In this document: positions 41,360 through 55,834 of the stretch, piece after piece
Layout: each line of letters opens with the position of its first letter
Numbering within the stretch: the first letter of the stretch is position 1
Assembly: GCA_964016885.1 (NCBI GenBank)
Contig: OZ024754.1
Coordinates: 2,914,001-2,978,000 of the forward strand
DNA length: 64,000 nucleotides
Direction: 5' to 3'
From: Eledone cirrhosa
Lineage: Eukaryota
Made by a program: the position numbers and the translations under genes
The notes under the pieces: model-generated
Databases searched by the model: none
What the model was told of the DNA's origin: nothing
The model's input: only the letters and a program-made list of their open reading frames with translations

Positions 41360-43304
41360 TAGTCGGTAAATATGTCATGTGACGACGAAGGACCAATGAC
41401 TGTTGATGTTTGGTAGAGTTGCACAGTGGTAGGAGGAGAAGTAGGAGTGTGAATGAGATGACGGGAATGAATTACTATCTGATGTTGAAGACGGGCAGAG
41501 TTCAGAGCAACTCTGCAAGCTGCAGCATGCACGCACCTTAAGTCCTTGTTTACGATCTTATCGTCACTACACACACACACAGACATATACTTCGGGACTT
41601 TTTATAATTCCTTATTGCTGTCTCGACTACAGATAATATAATATATTTAACTATAGAGACTTTTTATCACTACTTAGAACGCAATTTATTTTAAAATTCT
41701 TCATATTGCATATTTAGATGGTAACCCCTTTTAAAAAAAAAAAAAATATATATATATTAGAGAGCGCCAAATTCCACCGATCGTATCTCGTTGATGATCG
41801 GTCATCGTTTTTATGTCCCCTTGTGAATAGCTTCCCTTATCTTACCCTACACCGTCTTCATCGCCGTACTGTTTGTTAATCAGTTCTCCCTAATATTCTC
41901 TCCATACTTCTCACTCCCTCTCTAGTTGCTTTTGCCCGGCGCTCGCACCTGCTTACTACTTACTCTATCTTCCTTATAATCCCCCTCTGATCCACACTCT
42001 ATCTCAAGACCCTCTCTACCTGTAACTACTCCTCTTTACTATTCTATAGAGAAAAAGCAGTAAATTGTCCTTCCTCCTTTTTTTTGTTGAGAGGGACAGT
42101 CGGAGCAAAAGAAGTGAGTGTCTAACTACTACCACAACTGTAATGACTACTACCACTGTTACCAGCAACTTCTCAACATTAAGTCCTGGGCTTCCAACAC
42201 ACATCACGTATAACACAGTACAGCACTCTCCCCCCTTCCTCTCACTTTATAGCTTCAGTGTGTGAGAGAGAAGAGAAGAGAGAGAGAAGAGCTAGTGCTT
42301 GTGCTTAGACATTACAACTCTTCCTGGCCGGCCATCCTATCACGATAAGAAGCTGAAATCAACCGCCATTATCAGTTAACTAAAAGGAACAGAATTATTT
42401 ATACATTTCAGAAGTCAATCGTAAAACGTATCGCTGGAAAAAACAAACGAAAATGTCTATATATGACCCACGGGGACTTGTACCATGGTGATACACAAAG
42501 AAATTACTGATAGACCAGCACTGACAGGGACGTTTACAATAGAAAGACCCTGGCCACATTAAACAACCATTGCGGTACCCACCGCAATCTCATCGTAAAG
42601 GGTCTGCTAAGGACACAGTGCGAACAGATTCTATCATGTAGGAACTGCTGGCTAAAAGAAAAGTCATTTTGCTTTTACAGAGACATCGTTTTAATGGATA
42701 TTGAGTATATATATATATAGCGACATAGCTATAGTTGGTTGATCCTCACACTACATAAGATTGTTTTTAATTCACTCACTGCTCAGCTTCGTTCTTACTT
42801 CATCACCCCTCCTTATTCATTATAATCACTATTTCTAATTATTCTCTCCATATTCTACAACCATACCGTATATCTATATATCTGTTCTTTCTTCTCTATC
42901 ATCTACATCTAGTCCTTGTTTATTCTGTACATTTCCTATAAATTTCTATATATTTTTTTCACTCACACTCCAGTTGAAAACTTTACTCTTACTATAACTC
43001 CCCTTCTCATCATCATTATTATTATTGTTGATTCTAATCCTTTCAACAACTGTAATTTAAATTATATTTCATCCCTCTACATTATAAAATAAATGTACTA
43101 TATATATTTCATCGCTATATTATAATATATATATATATATGTATATATGTATAAATTCCTTGCTTTTTTCTTACTGCTTTCACACCACTATCGCTGTTTT
43201 CCTCCTCCTACTATCTCTATAATTTAACCTCCCACTATCACCTGCTATTTCTACCTATTGCTGCTGCTGTTGTTGCTGCTGCTGCTGCTGGCAAAACAAC
43301 CAAC
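41360..43304 (+). promoter_or_regulatory. Putative promoter and 5'UTR region of the LRIG-like gene
   Basis: About 2 kb of largely unique, transposon-poor sequence upstream of the ATG. Contains GTCATGTGAC (41374-41383), CCAAT (41393), a GA tract near 42262-42290 and a (CTG/TTG)n tract at 43258-43290. The TSS cannot be determined. Confidence 0.4.
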
Positions 43305-43597
43305 ATGGCGGCGACGGCGGTGGTGGTAGGAATGGGTCGCTCCTTGTTGGTTTTTCTATTGCTCTTCTTCGTGATCCTGTCTCTCCAGACTGGATCTTCT
43401 GTAAACGGTAAAGGTTCGGAGATGTTTAGAAACACGACCAAATCTAAAAAAACCTCCAGCATGTCTACACCTTATGTTGCAAGGACCGCAAATAACCAGT
43501 GCCCGTCACAATGCAACTGTTTAGGATCTTTGGTGGACTGCAGCAAACAAGGATTTCTTCGTGTCCCACCAGATGTTCCGTCATGGGTTGAATTCTT
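43305..43597 (+). CDS. LRIG: First coding exon of an LRIG-family (leucine-rich repeats and immunoglobulin-like domains) protein: signal peptide plus LRRNT cap
   Basis: ATG in caacATGG context. Hydrophobic signal-like stretch (SLLVFLLLFFVILSL). CPSQCNCLGSLVDCSKQGFLRVPPDVPSWVEFL matches the LRIG LRRNT pattern (CPxxCxCLGxLxDCS...P..LPSWV..L). A GTAAGT donor at 43598 splits the Leu codon (phase 2), typical of LRR genes. No downstream exon was recognised in the window. Confidence 0.85.
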
Positions 43598-43767
43598 GTA
43601 AGTATAAGTATTTCTTTCCATCAATTTATGCATCCTTTGTTTATTATTATGTTTCTTATTATTGTTCCGTCTAAAACATCCCATTTGCCAGTTGAATGTA
43701 AATCACTTGACGCTTCTTTTCATCAGTATTGGTTATATAAATTAGCTTTGCTTACACAAACAAACTG

Positions 43768-43817
<50 letters not shown>

Positions 43818-44046
43818 ATATACATTTATAACCCTACACACACACATATATATATATATATATACATTTATATATATAACTGCACACACACACGTATATA
43901 TATATACATTTATATATATATAACTACACACACATATATTGTATATCTACATATATTTATGGTGATATTGAGGTATATATATATATATATAACCATACAA
44001 ACACACATTGTCTACCTATATATCCACATATATATCTACATATATG

Positions 44047-44123
<77 letters not shown>

Positions 44124-44647
44124 ATTATTACGACTACACCATATCTCAATCATAAACATCTTCGTGTAGGTTTAAATCACCTTATATCCTATATATCCCT
44201 ATTGGATAAACCTCTCTTAAAATGTTGATCTTTTCTGTTTAAACTTTACTTCAGTATGTGTGGGTGTATAGTCCTTCTCTCACAACATATTGCTATTATC
44301 AATCACATTATATACACACACATATATATATATACATATACATATACAAGCATGTATGTATATTTCATACATGCTTATAGTTTAGTGTGTAATCTACTGT
44401 GTATGCTTGTAGCTTATATTAACCTTCACACGTGTATATGTGTATGGATAGTACGGACATAACTACAGTCCAGCTAAGACTCACAGCTTATCATTTCTGA
44501 TAATGTATTATGTTGTATAGAGAACCTTTTTATACTAAACATTAGCATTTCATCACCACCACCACCACCATCGTTATAGGGTTTTACTTAATTAGTTCGC
44601 TTCGCTTGATCAAGTACTTCTAGTTTGATATGTACTCGCTGTAAGGC

Positions 44648-44678
<31 letters not shown>

Positions 44679-44707
44679 TTATATATATATTTATTACTTG
44701 GACAGTC

Positions 44708-44758
44708 GGCATCCTGATGATTTCTCCCGAATGAAACGGTTCTAGTCCTGTAGAAGCC
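44708..44758 (+). ncRNA. Hammerhead ribozyme motif, family C (intronic, sense)
   Basis: GGCaTC CTGATGA(44714) tTTC tccc GAAt GAAA CGG ttctagtc CTG TA GAaGCC. Confidence 0.6.
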
Positions 44759-45538
44759 ATTTCTATATTAATTATTTATACCCTGCTTTGTATTCAGTAC
44801 TTTACTTACTGTGGTTACCCCCGATTGAACCCGGGATATATATATATATATATATATACCTGGTGATTTCATACGAATTAAATAATTCTAGTCCTGTAGA
44901 AGTCATTTCTATATATATATACAGCCCCCCCCCCCCCCAAAAATATATATATACACACTTTGATTACCTGTACAGGCAATATTTATTAGAATGCTGTTGA
45001 ACTGTATATACAGTTTTTTAAGACACCCTGTATATATAACAAAAATACCTGTACTCTACCATTGTATTGAGTACCTTTTTTTAACTGTGTTTACCCCCCG
45101 ATACAACTCTGGGATCTACACACAAATTATATATATATATATATAATCATCATTGGTTTTACGTCCGCTTTTCCATGCTTGCATGGGTTGGACTAGTATA
45201 TAATATAGGTGCCTGTACTCTAGCAATGTATTGAGTACCTTTTTAAACTGTGGTTACCCCCCTCCCGTCACAGCTCGGCAATCTACACACACTATATACA
45301 TATATAATCTGTAGAGGGTATACATTATCAAGTAGATCTGGTCTATAAAGAAGTATTTGATTAGAAATGATATCACCACCGTGTTATCTCTCTTGGTCAA
45401 GTATTTCAATCAGTACAGCTGTGTAAATAGATACTACCTACTTGGAAGGTTTATTTCATATACACTAACACATACATATACACTATATATATATATATAT
45501 ATATCTGTTGTGTATATATATACACATATCTGTTGTGG

Positions 45539-45569
<31 letters not shown>

Positions 45570-45670
45570 GATATGGTGTGTGTACATCACCCGGAGCACT
45601 CACGTTTATGGCCATACTCGATAACGAGGGGGCAGCCATCACATATATATATACATATGTGTTGTGTGTT

Positions 45671-45710
<40 letters not shown>

Positions 45711-45764
45711 TATAGTTCAGATCTAGCTGTCGAAACGGCCGGAGCTCAGCCGTCGAGGTCCTGA

Positions 45765-45808
<44 letters not shown>

Positions 45809-46901
45809 TGTGTATGTCAAACATACACACACTATGCATAAATATACACTATGGAGGTGTGAATGTATAAATGTGGTTATTATTTCTGATCACACGGAAT
45901 CTCGTCTCTTTTGTGTTTGTATATGTCTGTTAGTGTATTAATGTATGTCTCTACATATGTATTAGTTAGTCCTTCATACCTATTTACACGTGTTGTTTTC
46001 TATTGCAATACAGAAACAGAACTGTTTGTTACCTGTTCAAACAAACCAACCAACTAACTACCCCGTCCATTCTATTATATATAGTCCCACTACATCTCTC
46101 TATCACCTATCGGCTAAATTCTACTTCAGAATGGTTAGAATGCTCCAAGGAAAATATCACAAGACCATTGAACAGAATATATCTGGCCTAAACCAATCTC
46201 TCTGTCTTTCAGTCTCTCCCACACACTCTCTCTCTCTCATATATATTGAACTAGAAATTTTAAATGGTTTTCTTATGTTTGGTGTTACTTACTAAACCGG
46301 CTATTTATAGTGTATTGGGAGTTTATATATCTCTTTGTTTATAGATTAAAAGCTGAATATTTATAGCTTAAAATGGATAGATATTGTCTGTGAGAGTGGT
46401 AAGTCGGGTCGGTATCTCTCCATATATATATATATATATATAATATAAGATCAAAAGATGGTTAGGGTTAGGGTTATTTGTTTTTGAAATGCGCATAATA
46501 AAATACTTGGAACTCTTTTAACCATCTTTTGATCTTATATTAGTTATACTCCAGTCCTATAAACTGTTGAGTGCTACTTATCCGATATTTTCATTGCTTT
46601 ATTGTGCTACAATAAAACTCACCTCCTACACATATATATATAGGATCTTCGTCCACTTATTCCTAAGTGGGTCGCGGGGGCAGATTCCTCAAACACTTCT
46701 TGCAGTGTGTAGTCACATGTAAGATAGATGTACAGGGCAGTTATATATACAGGTTGTCTCACCCCCAACATCTAATAAATATTGCCTCTACAGGTAATCA
46801 AAGTATGTATATATATTTTTTGGGCGGGGTATACCCTGTATATATAACCGTCCTGGGGTCCCATCTTACACATTACTACACACCTCAAGAGGAACATTGC
46901 T

Positions 46902-47235
46902 TCATCATTCATCATTTCATTTTCGTCCGCTTTTTCCCTGCTTGCCAGGGTGGGACGGGAACTAATTCTGGCTCGATTTCTACAGCTGGATGTCCTTCCT
47001 AACACCAACCTCATTTACAGTGAGTGCTGGGTGCTTTTTTGCCGTGGCACCTCCGCGACCACTTTGCAGTGGAATGATATGGACCCCAGTCCCTATCATC
47101 TCATTTCTACAGCTGAGTAAACTGGAACAATGTGAAGTAAAGTGTCTTGCTCAAGGAAACAACACATCACCCGGTTTGAGAATTGAACTCAGAACCTTTC
47201 GATTGCAAGGCCAATGCTCTAACCACTAAGACATG
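46902..47235 (-). mobile_element. tRNA-derived SINE family 1
   Basis: Matches 5336-5684. Confidence 0.85.
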
Positions 47236-48306
47236 CTTGTTGATTGTTTTCAGAAATACCTACATGTGAAATGAAGCGTGTTTCCCTCCTGTTTACACTT
47301 AGCTGCCATATACACCATCACAGTACTAATGCACTCACCTTTATTTCGTTCTTCATGTATTTATTTATTTATATAAATAAATAATGCTTAGAAGTGTTTA
47401 CAATCTATAATGTGTGTGTATTGAATTCTCGTGTACACACACACACACACACATGTATGTATTGATGTAGTTTTATAATATTTTTTAAACGTTCAGACAA
47501 TGTGTGTGTGATAGATATATTATTGAATGGTTTTCCGAAGAAAAGAGGATGCCACAGTTAAAGGAAGTACTCAATACGTTAGTTGGACGAGAACTTTTCA
47601 TTGCGTTTTCAATCAACACACACTCACATGTGTGTGTGTGTGTGTATATATATAATGTAAAAGGTAAATAGAAATAACACAATCGGTACAGTAAATGGAA
47701 GGAATATATTAGGTTAACGCTTGAAATAGCAGGAAGGTCTTTTTAGTATTTAAGACTACATAGTTATAACCACACTTTCATATAGTTTAACACACAGTCT
47801 TATATTATTTACTATATAAATATATATCCATAGACTATATATTTGTGTGTATGTGTATATATATATTTATATATATAGACACATCTGAGTATACACACAC
47901 GCAATTATATGTATAATACATATATATGAGACAAACAGTTCACACACTCATTGTTTACATAAACAATATATCTATACACTATATGCGTATAATATATATA
48001 TATATATATATAAATGTGCATATACGTGAGAAGGGTACTATACTATATATATAGTATGGGCCTGTTCTTATATATCACCAGTCCTAACAGAAATGAGAGT
48101 AGGTGTAGTGTATATAGAGGGTGTATATTTAGGTTGAATTTGTTGTTAATTCCCCTTCATATTGTCCTGTGTATATTTACTTTGTCACTTTCCTCCTTTT
48201 ACATTCGTCTACTTCATTACACATATATATATACATACAGGGTGTCCCAAAAAATGTGTACACACTTTTATTTGAATGGTGTTGAAATGTATACATTTTT
48301 TGGGAC

Positions 48307-48362
<56 letters not shown>

Positions 48363-49083
48363 CTGTTCTCACATTATCTACAACACTACCAACAAAGCAC
48401 AGCACACTATTTTACTATATATATATATACACGTGTGTGTATATATATATATATATATACACATATGTGTGTGTGTATATATATATCCACATATGTGTGT
48501 GTGTATATATATATCCTAATTCTATCACTTGTAGCAGTTATTTACTACTGTTGCCCTTATATCTCGTTTTAGCTTAGGTTCCCTTTCTTTTCACCCAGTC
48601 TAGTTCCCCCCTCTCTCTCTCTCTCTCTAGTTCTCTCTCTCTACCCTCTTGCACCTTATTACTTCTCTCTGCTCGACTCACAATTCTGGGTCAAGCCTAG
48701 TTCACCCTCCCCCACTAGCTAACACACGCACACAAACATATATATATTATATATATATATTCACACGTACTAACCCAATCATTTCATCTGATATATATAT
48801 ACACACATTCATTCTTACACAAATACAACTACCTCATTCAACATACGCACACACATATTCAATTAACACACACATACATATATATTCTTCCGTACATTTA
48901 ACACACACACACACATATATATATATATTCATCCGTACATTTACTTTTACATACACACTAACCCAATCAACACATATCCTGTCACCCTCATACACGAATA
49001 CTATTACAATTAACATACATGCATATATATTTTCACTCTTACATAAATACTATCACAATTAACACACACACATATATATATAT

Positions 49084-49127
<44 letters not shown>

Positions 49128-49487
49128 TTACTAACCGAATCTCTTATACTAAACTTTCATAAAGAAACACTAAATGATTTGCGATTAGTTTTGTCCGACA
49201 AATTATTTTTGTAGAGAATTGCTATGCGTGTGTGTGTATATATATATATTGGTATATACACACGCGTATGTATATATATATATGTGTGTGTGTATATATA
49301 TTTATATAATGTGTGTGTATTCGTAAAAATGTTTTCTCAAATCTCTTTATTCCCGAATTGTTGACTTAACCAATAATATAGGAACTATCTTCCCTAAACT
49401 CCATATCACAGCTCAACTTCTGGGTTCAAATCTTAGAATTGGGGACTTTATCAATTTTACTTTCTCTCTATTTTATTCGACACACAC

Positions 49488-49533
<46 letters not shown>

Positions 49534-49762
49534 ATGTACATGTCAGTATATGTATAGTTGTAAAAATATGTACATATATGTATGAATATATATATGTACA
49601 TATATGTGTGTGTGTTTATATATGTGTGTATATGTATGTTTGTATATGTACATATATGCATGTGTATGTATATATATATGTGTGTGTGTGTATATATGTT
49701 TATATATATTGTTCCGATCTTGCTAATTATTATTCACGCTTTCCATATCGAAACATAGACGC

Positions 49763-50155
49763 ACCACTAATGGAAACATACATATACACAACATACCACA
49801 ATGGAAACATACATATACACAACATACAACAATGGAAACATACATATATATACACACAACAATGGAAACATACATATATACACACACCACAATGGAAACA
49901 TACATATATATACACATCACAATGGAAACATACATATACACACACCACAATGGAAACATACATATACACACACCACACTAATGGAAACATACATATATAC
50001 ACACACCACAATGGAAACATACATATACAAGCACCACACTAGAAACATACATATACAAGCACCACACTAATGGAAACATACATATATATACACACCACAA
50101 TGGAAACATACATATATATACACACCACAATGGAAACATACATATATACACCACA
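49763..50155. repeat. ~30-bp minisatellite (aatggaaacatacatatatacacacaccac), about 13 copies
   Basis: Direct inspection. Confidence 0.9.
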
Positions 50156-50469
50156 CAGTCGCAGGCAGGGCAGAAATAGATTTTTAGAAATTGATTTTTT
50201 TCCTCTCTTTCTCCGCCGAAACTTTCAATATTATTGCATCAAAATGATTTGGACCAGTTCTCTCACTTTACTCTCTCTCCATTACCATCTTCTTTTATTT
50301 ATTTATTAATTACTTATTATTATTAAATAAATAAATAATTATTAATTACTTATTAACAACAATTAAGTACCAGTCAAGTACTGCAGTTTCGTCTTCTCCT
50401 CACTCACACCAAATTGCTGGTCTTGTGTCCAAATTATAAACCAACTATTATTACTGTTGTTGTTGTTGT

Positions 50470-50920
50470 TGTAGATTGGTGGTCGAGTCGTTGGAGCATC
50501 GGACAAATGCTTAGCAGTATTTTTTTTCCCGATTCTTTACATTCTGAGTTCAAATCCCGCCGAGCTTAGCTTTGCCTTTCATCCTTACGAGGATCGATAT
50601 GTCATAAAATACCAGTAATGCACTGGGGTCGAATTTATCGACTTTCCCCCCCTCTCCCTTCCCTTGTGCCAAACGTAAAAACAATTATTGTATAGGACGG
50701 TAGAGCGTCGGGAATAATACTTTAGGATATTTAGTTGCATACGTCCCGTCCCGTCTCACGTTCAAACCTCGCCGAGATCAACTTTGTCTTTCATTCTATT
50801 GAGGTTTGATAAAATAAAGTAATAGTTAAAATACTGGGGTCGATACGATCGGCTTTCCCTTTCCACTACCCCTAAATTGCTGGCCTTGTGTCAATGGCTA
50901 GAAGTAACAATTATTATTAT
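50470..50920 (+). mobile_element. Two tandem diverged SINE family 2 copies
   Basis: Two occurrences of gttcaaa...cgccgag...ctttcat...gtcga...ccttgtg. Confidence 0.65.
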
Positions 50921-51801
50921 ATAAGTATTTCCTCTCTACCCGTCCCGCATGATCAAGGATCTTGCCACCATGACCATCCCGTCTGTTTATCCGACATGTC
51001 TAATATTTTTTTCGGGGATGGAGGGGGTTGAATAGGGACAGTAGGGTGCAATTTGAGGGAGTCTTGGCTACCATTTCTTCTTGTCAGTCGATTGTAAAGC
51101 GGCGGGTGCGGATTCTTAAACAAACAACAATAATAATTAACCTAGATGTACTACTACTACTCATGAATGGGGTGGGGTTAGAGAGAAACAGTTGATGATA
51201 TCGATCCCAGTGCGTTACTGGTACTTTATTTTATCGACCCCGTAAGGATGAAGGGCAAAGCTAACCTCGGCAGGATTTGAACTCAGAACGTAAAGAGCCA
51301 TAACTCTATGCCGCAAAGCATGGTGGCCGACGCTCTGCCATTCAACCGCTAATGATGACTTATTTGGCGGATGTTCGGTGTTTTATTAGGTACGGTTGAC
51401 TAAATTTGACATTAGTACTCATCCGAACCTATGGAGTCGCTCTACCTGCTAGAAATAGCAGTCAATCTCATAACACTCCTCTACCGTCGTAAAAAAAACA
51501 AACTAAACGGAAGTATACATTGGATAATGTAGTCATAGATACAGTGTATGAAAGAGGGAAATAGACGTGATAGTCACGGTTATAACGTGAATGATTATAG
51601 GTGTATTCGATCATGATTTACCTGGGGCTAAACAATAAACTGGTCCCCTTTAATCAACTTGAGAAATATGTAAGTCGACTCCCTTCAGGTTTTACAGTTA
51701 GACCACCGTAAAGGGACATAACTAAATATTACTGGCAGGCATTTTGTCCGACTGTCTACACTATCTGGCAGTATTCCCTCAACCCATATGCTTTTATTAG
51801 G

Positions 51802-51861
<60 letters not shown>

Positions 51862-52222
51862 GTAACATCCTGCAGGGAAAAGATAGAATGGTAGAGGAAG
51901 GAATGCCTTCTTTTCAGTGTGTATCATCATCATCATCATCATCATCGTTTAACGTCCATCTTCCACGCTTGCATGGGTTTAGACGGGAATTGTCCCACTA
52001 GAGGCAAGAGTGGTTGCCTTACTCGTATAGGACTGTCTGGCGGGTTTTCTACGGCTGGGTGCCCTTCCTAACACCAACCACGTTTACAGTGTGGACTGGG
52101 AGGTTTTTACCGTGTTACCTACACGGCCACATTACAGCGTGGACTGTGTGTGTGTGTTTTTTTTTGTCGTGACACCTACGCGACTTCATTTGTTTGTGTA
52201 TGAATTTGTATATATAGATGTG

Positions 52223-52286
<64 letters not shown>

Positions 52287-52424
52287 GGAAAAAGTGATGT
52301 TTATTCATATATTTGCGTTTACAAACACGAGCATTGTTCAATACCAAAGGAGAGAATATATATATATACATACACACACAATACTGGTGATTGGGTAATA
52401 CAAAATATTATTATTATATGTGTG

Positions 52425-52459
<35 letters not shown>

Positions 52460-53227
52460 GCACACATAACTGAGATCAACCTCTTCGATCAGTGGTAATT
52501 TGTGAAACTCAGAGTAGCAACAGTAATGTTATATATATAGAAAGAGAGATTATATATAAACACATACATATATATATATCTAAAAAAACACACGCACACA
52601 CACACACATATATATACATATATATAAACAGACACACACACATATATATATATATAAACAGATACACACACACACATATATATATTATATAAACACACAC
52701 ATATATATATATATATAAACAGACACACATATATATATAAACAGACACACATATATATATAAACAGACACACATATATATATAAACACACACATATATAT
52801 ATATAAACACACACACACATATATATATATATATAAACAGATACACACACATATATATATATAAACAGATACACACATATATATATATATATATATAAAC
52901 AGACACACACACACACACATATATATATAAACAGATACACACAGATATATATAAACACACATATATATATGTAGATCCCAAGTTATATTGAGAGTAACTA
53001 CATTAGTGTACTTGATATATTAAGTAGAGTGAAAGCATTCATATTTAATATTAACAGAAGTCTTCTACAAGACTAGAACTATTTCATACGAATGAAACAG
53101 TTCTAGTCCTGTAGAAGCCTGTTCTATACTAAATATTGAGATATATATATATATATATACACACACATGCCTATATAATCAGATGCAATCCTGTAGGAGT
53201 AATATATATATATATAGCTAGATATAT

Positions 53228-53289
<62 letters not shown>

Positions 53290-53312
53290 ACGTGGATATA
53301 TATATGTATGTG

Positions 53313-53353
<41 letters not shown>

Positions 53354-53488
53354 ATACAACCATTTAGTACAATAATACTGTTTCACCATTTGACTTAGCA
53401 TGTAAACCAGGTTGTTGATAATATGCAGCTGACTGTAGCATTAATTAAATCGGTTGTGTTTAGAAATCGTTGTTGGCAAGTCAATAAT

Positions 53489-54215
53489 TGGAACGAGAGG
53501 ATGGAGTCGAGAGAGAAAGAGATGGAGAGGATGGGGGTAGAGAGAGAAAGAGATGGAGAGGATGGGGGTAGAGAGAGAAAGATGTTTGGAACGAGAGGAT
53601 GGAGTCGATGGAGAGGATGGGGGTAGAGAGAGAAAGAGATGGAGAGGATGGGGGTAGAGAGAGAAAGAGATGGAGAGGATGGGGGTAGAGAGAGAAAGAG
53701 ATGGAGAGGATGGGGGTAGAGAGAGAAAGATCTTTGGAACGAGAGGATGGAGTCGAGAGAGAAAGAGATGGAGAGGATGGAGTAGAAAGAGATGGAGAGG
53801 ATGGGGGTAGAGAGAGAAAGATGTTTGGAACGAGAGGATGGGGTCGAGAGAGAAAGAGATGGAGAGGATGGGGGTCGAGAGAGAAAGAGATGTTTCGATG
53901 GAGAGAGAGAGAGAGAGAGAGAGAGGAAGATGCTGCGAATGAGAGGATGGAGTAGGGAAAGATGTTTGGAATGAAAGGATGGAGTTGAGAGAGAGAGATG
54001 CTTGGAACGAGAGGATGGAGAGAGAGAGGGGAAGATGCTGCAAATGAGAGGAAGGAGAGAGAGAGAGAGAGGAAGATGCTGCGAATGAGAGGACGGAGAG
54101 AGAGAAAGATGCTTGGATGGAGAGAGAGAGAGGAAGGAGAGAGAGAGAGAAAGATGCTTGGATGGAGAGAGAGAGGAAGATGCTGCGAAGGAGAGAGAGA
54201 GAGAGAGAAAGATGC
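53489..54215. repeat. Purine-rich ~30-bp minisatellite (gatggagaggatgggggtagagagagaaaga and variants)
   Basis: Direct inspection. Confidence 0.9.
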
Positions 54216-54923
54216 TTGTACAGCAGAGATTCTGCTTGTAATGCTTCACCACTTATAGCTGACTTTTAGTTATTTATTTTTAATAATTTTAGTTGTAGTT
54301 TTTTTGTCCATTCATTCTTTTCTATATGTGTGTGTGTGTATGTATGTATGTGTGTTTGTGTGTTTGTGTGTGTGTGTATGTATGTATATATGTTTGTGTA
54401 TGTACGTGTGTTTGTGTATGTATGTGTGTTTTTTTTTTTTTTATTAAATTTATATATTAGTCTTTTACTGGTTTCAGTTATTAGACTGCAGCCATGCTAA
54501 GGCACCGCCTTGGTTTAGTTGATTATATCAACCCCATCCCACACCACCCCTCACCCACGTCGGTACTTATTTCTTTAATTCTTCTTGTCAAACCCACTAA
54601 ATTACGGGACATAGACACATGCACAAACTGAAAGTAGTGCTCCATCAGGGCCACAGTCCAGTAACTGAAGCCATTATAAGGATCGACTGAGACTCACTGA
54701 CATGTACCATAGTCTTTCGTTTGTACCAGTCATTAACTGCACCACCTTGAGTTAATCAATCATATCGAACCCACAGTAATTATTTTATTGATTCCTTTTT
54801 TCATCAACATGGGTGCATGAACATATATATATGATTACACACACACACACTCACCTATATATATACTATACTATATATTAATTTATATTAATTTGTATAT
54901 ATATATATAATTTCTATACTTTC

Positions 54924-54967
<44 letters not shown>

Positions 54968-55834
54968 TCATCATCGTTTAACGCCCATCTTCATTGCTTG
55001 CATGGGTTTAGACGGGAATTGTCTCACTAGAGGCAAGAGTGGTTGTCTTGCTCGCATAGGACTGTCTGGCGGGTTTTCTACGGCTAGATGCCCTTCCTAA
55101 CACCAACCACGTTTACAGTGTGGACTGGGAGGTTTTTACCGTGTTAGAGAGAGAGAGATATCAGGATTTTACGAGTTTAAACTAGCAAGACCATTATTCA
55201 GCAGAGTATTCAATTGTAACTATATTAGAGCTGTGGCCCAATGGCTGAGCTCTTGCCATTTCGGCAGTTAATTCCACACACACATATATATATTAATTAT
55301 TTATTAAAATAACAGATTAAAGTTTAACCCTTTAGCATTCACAATACTCTATATATACTATTATATTTTCATGGTAAAGGCTTTACCTCACATAATATCG
55401 AATCTATGAGATTTTGAAAGTATTTATTTTGAGAACAATACCTTAACATAGGTATGAGTGGCCAGTTACACCCAGTTTTAACAGAAAGAGGTAGAGAATT
55501 CTGGCCAGTTTGAACATTAAAGGGTTAAGCAAAGAAGTGGATTCTTTGCTTCAACTTTAATCTGTTATTTTAATAAATATTTGCTCTAGGGTTCTTATAT
55601 ATTTATATATATTTATCCCTATCGACCCCTCTTTGGATTTTAGTCTTCATATTTATTATTATATTGTTGGGTTCAGACCTGTGGAGGTCAGCCAACTCCC
55701 CTCAAAACATAGCTTTGAGGGTTGGAGGGGACCTTCAGTGGTATCAAAGACCTGACAACCTCTCCTGTGCACTCGGTAGTACATGAGGCTGTACATAAGC
55801 AGGACACAAATCCCTGGCCTGTCTGGGAGATCAG

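Noticed and set aside
53395-54252. 285-aa Ser/Leu-rich ORF
   Set aside because: Translation of the GA-rich minisatellite.
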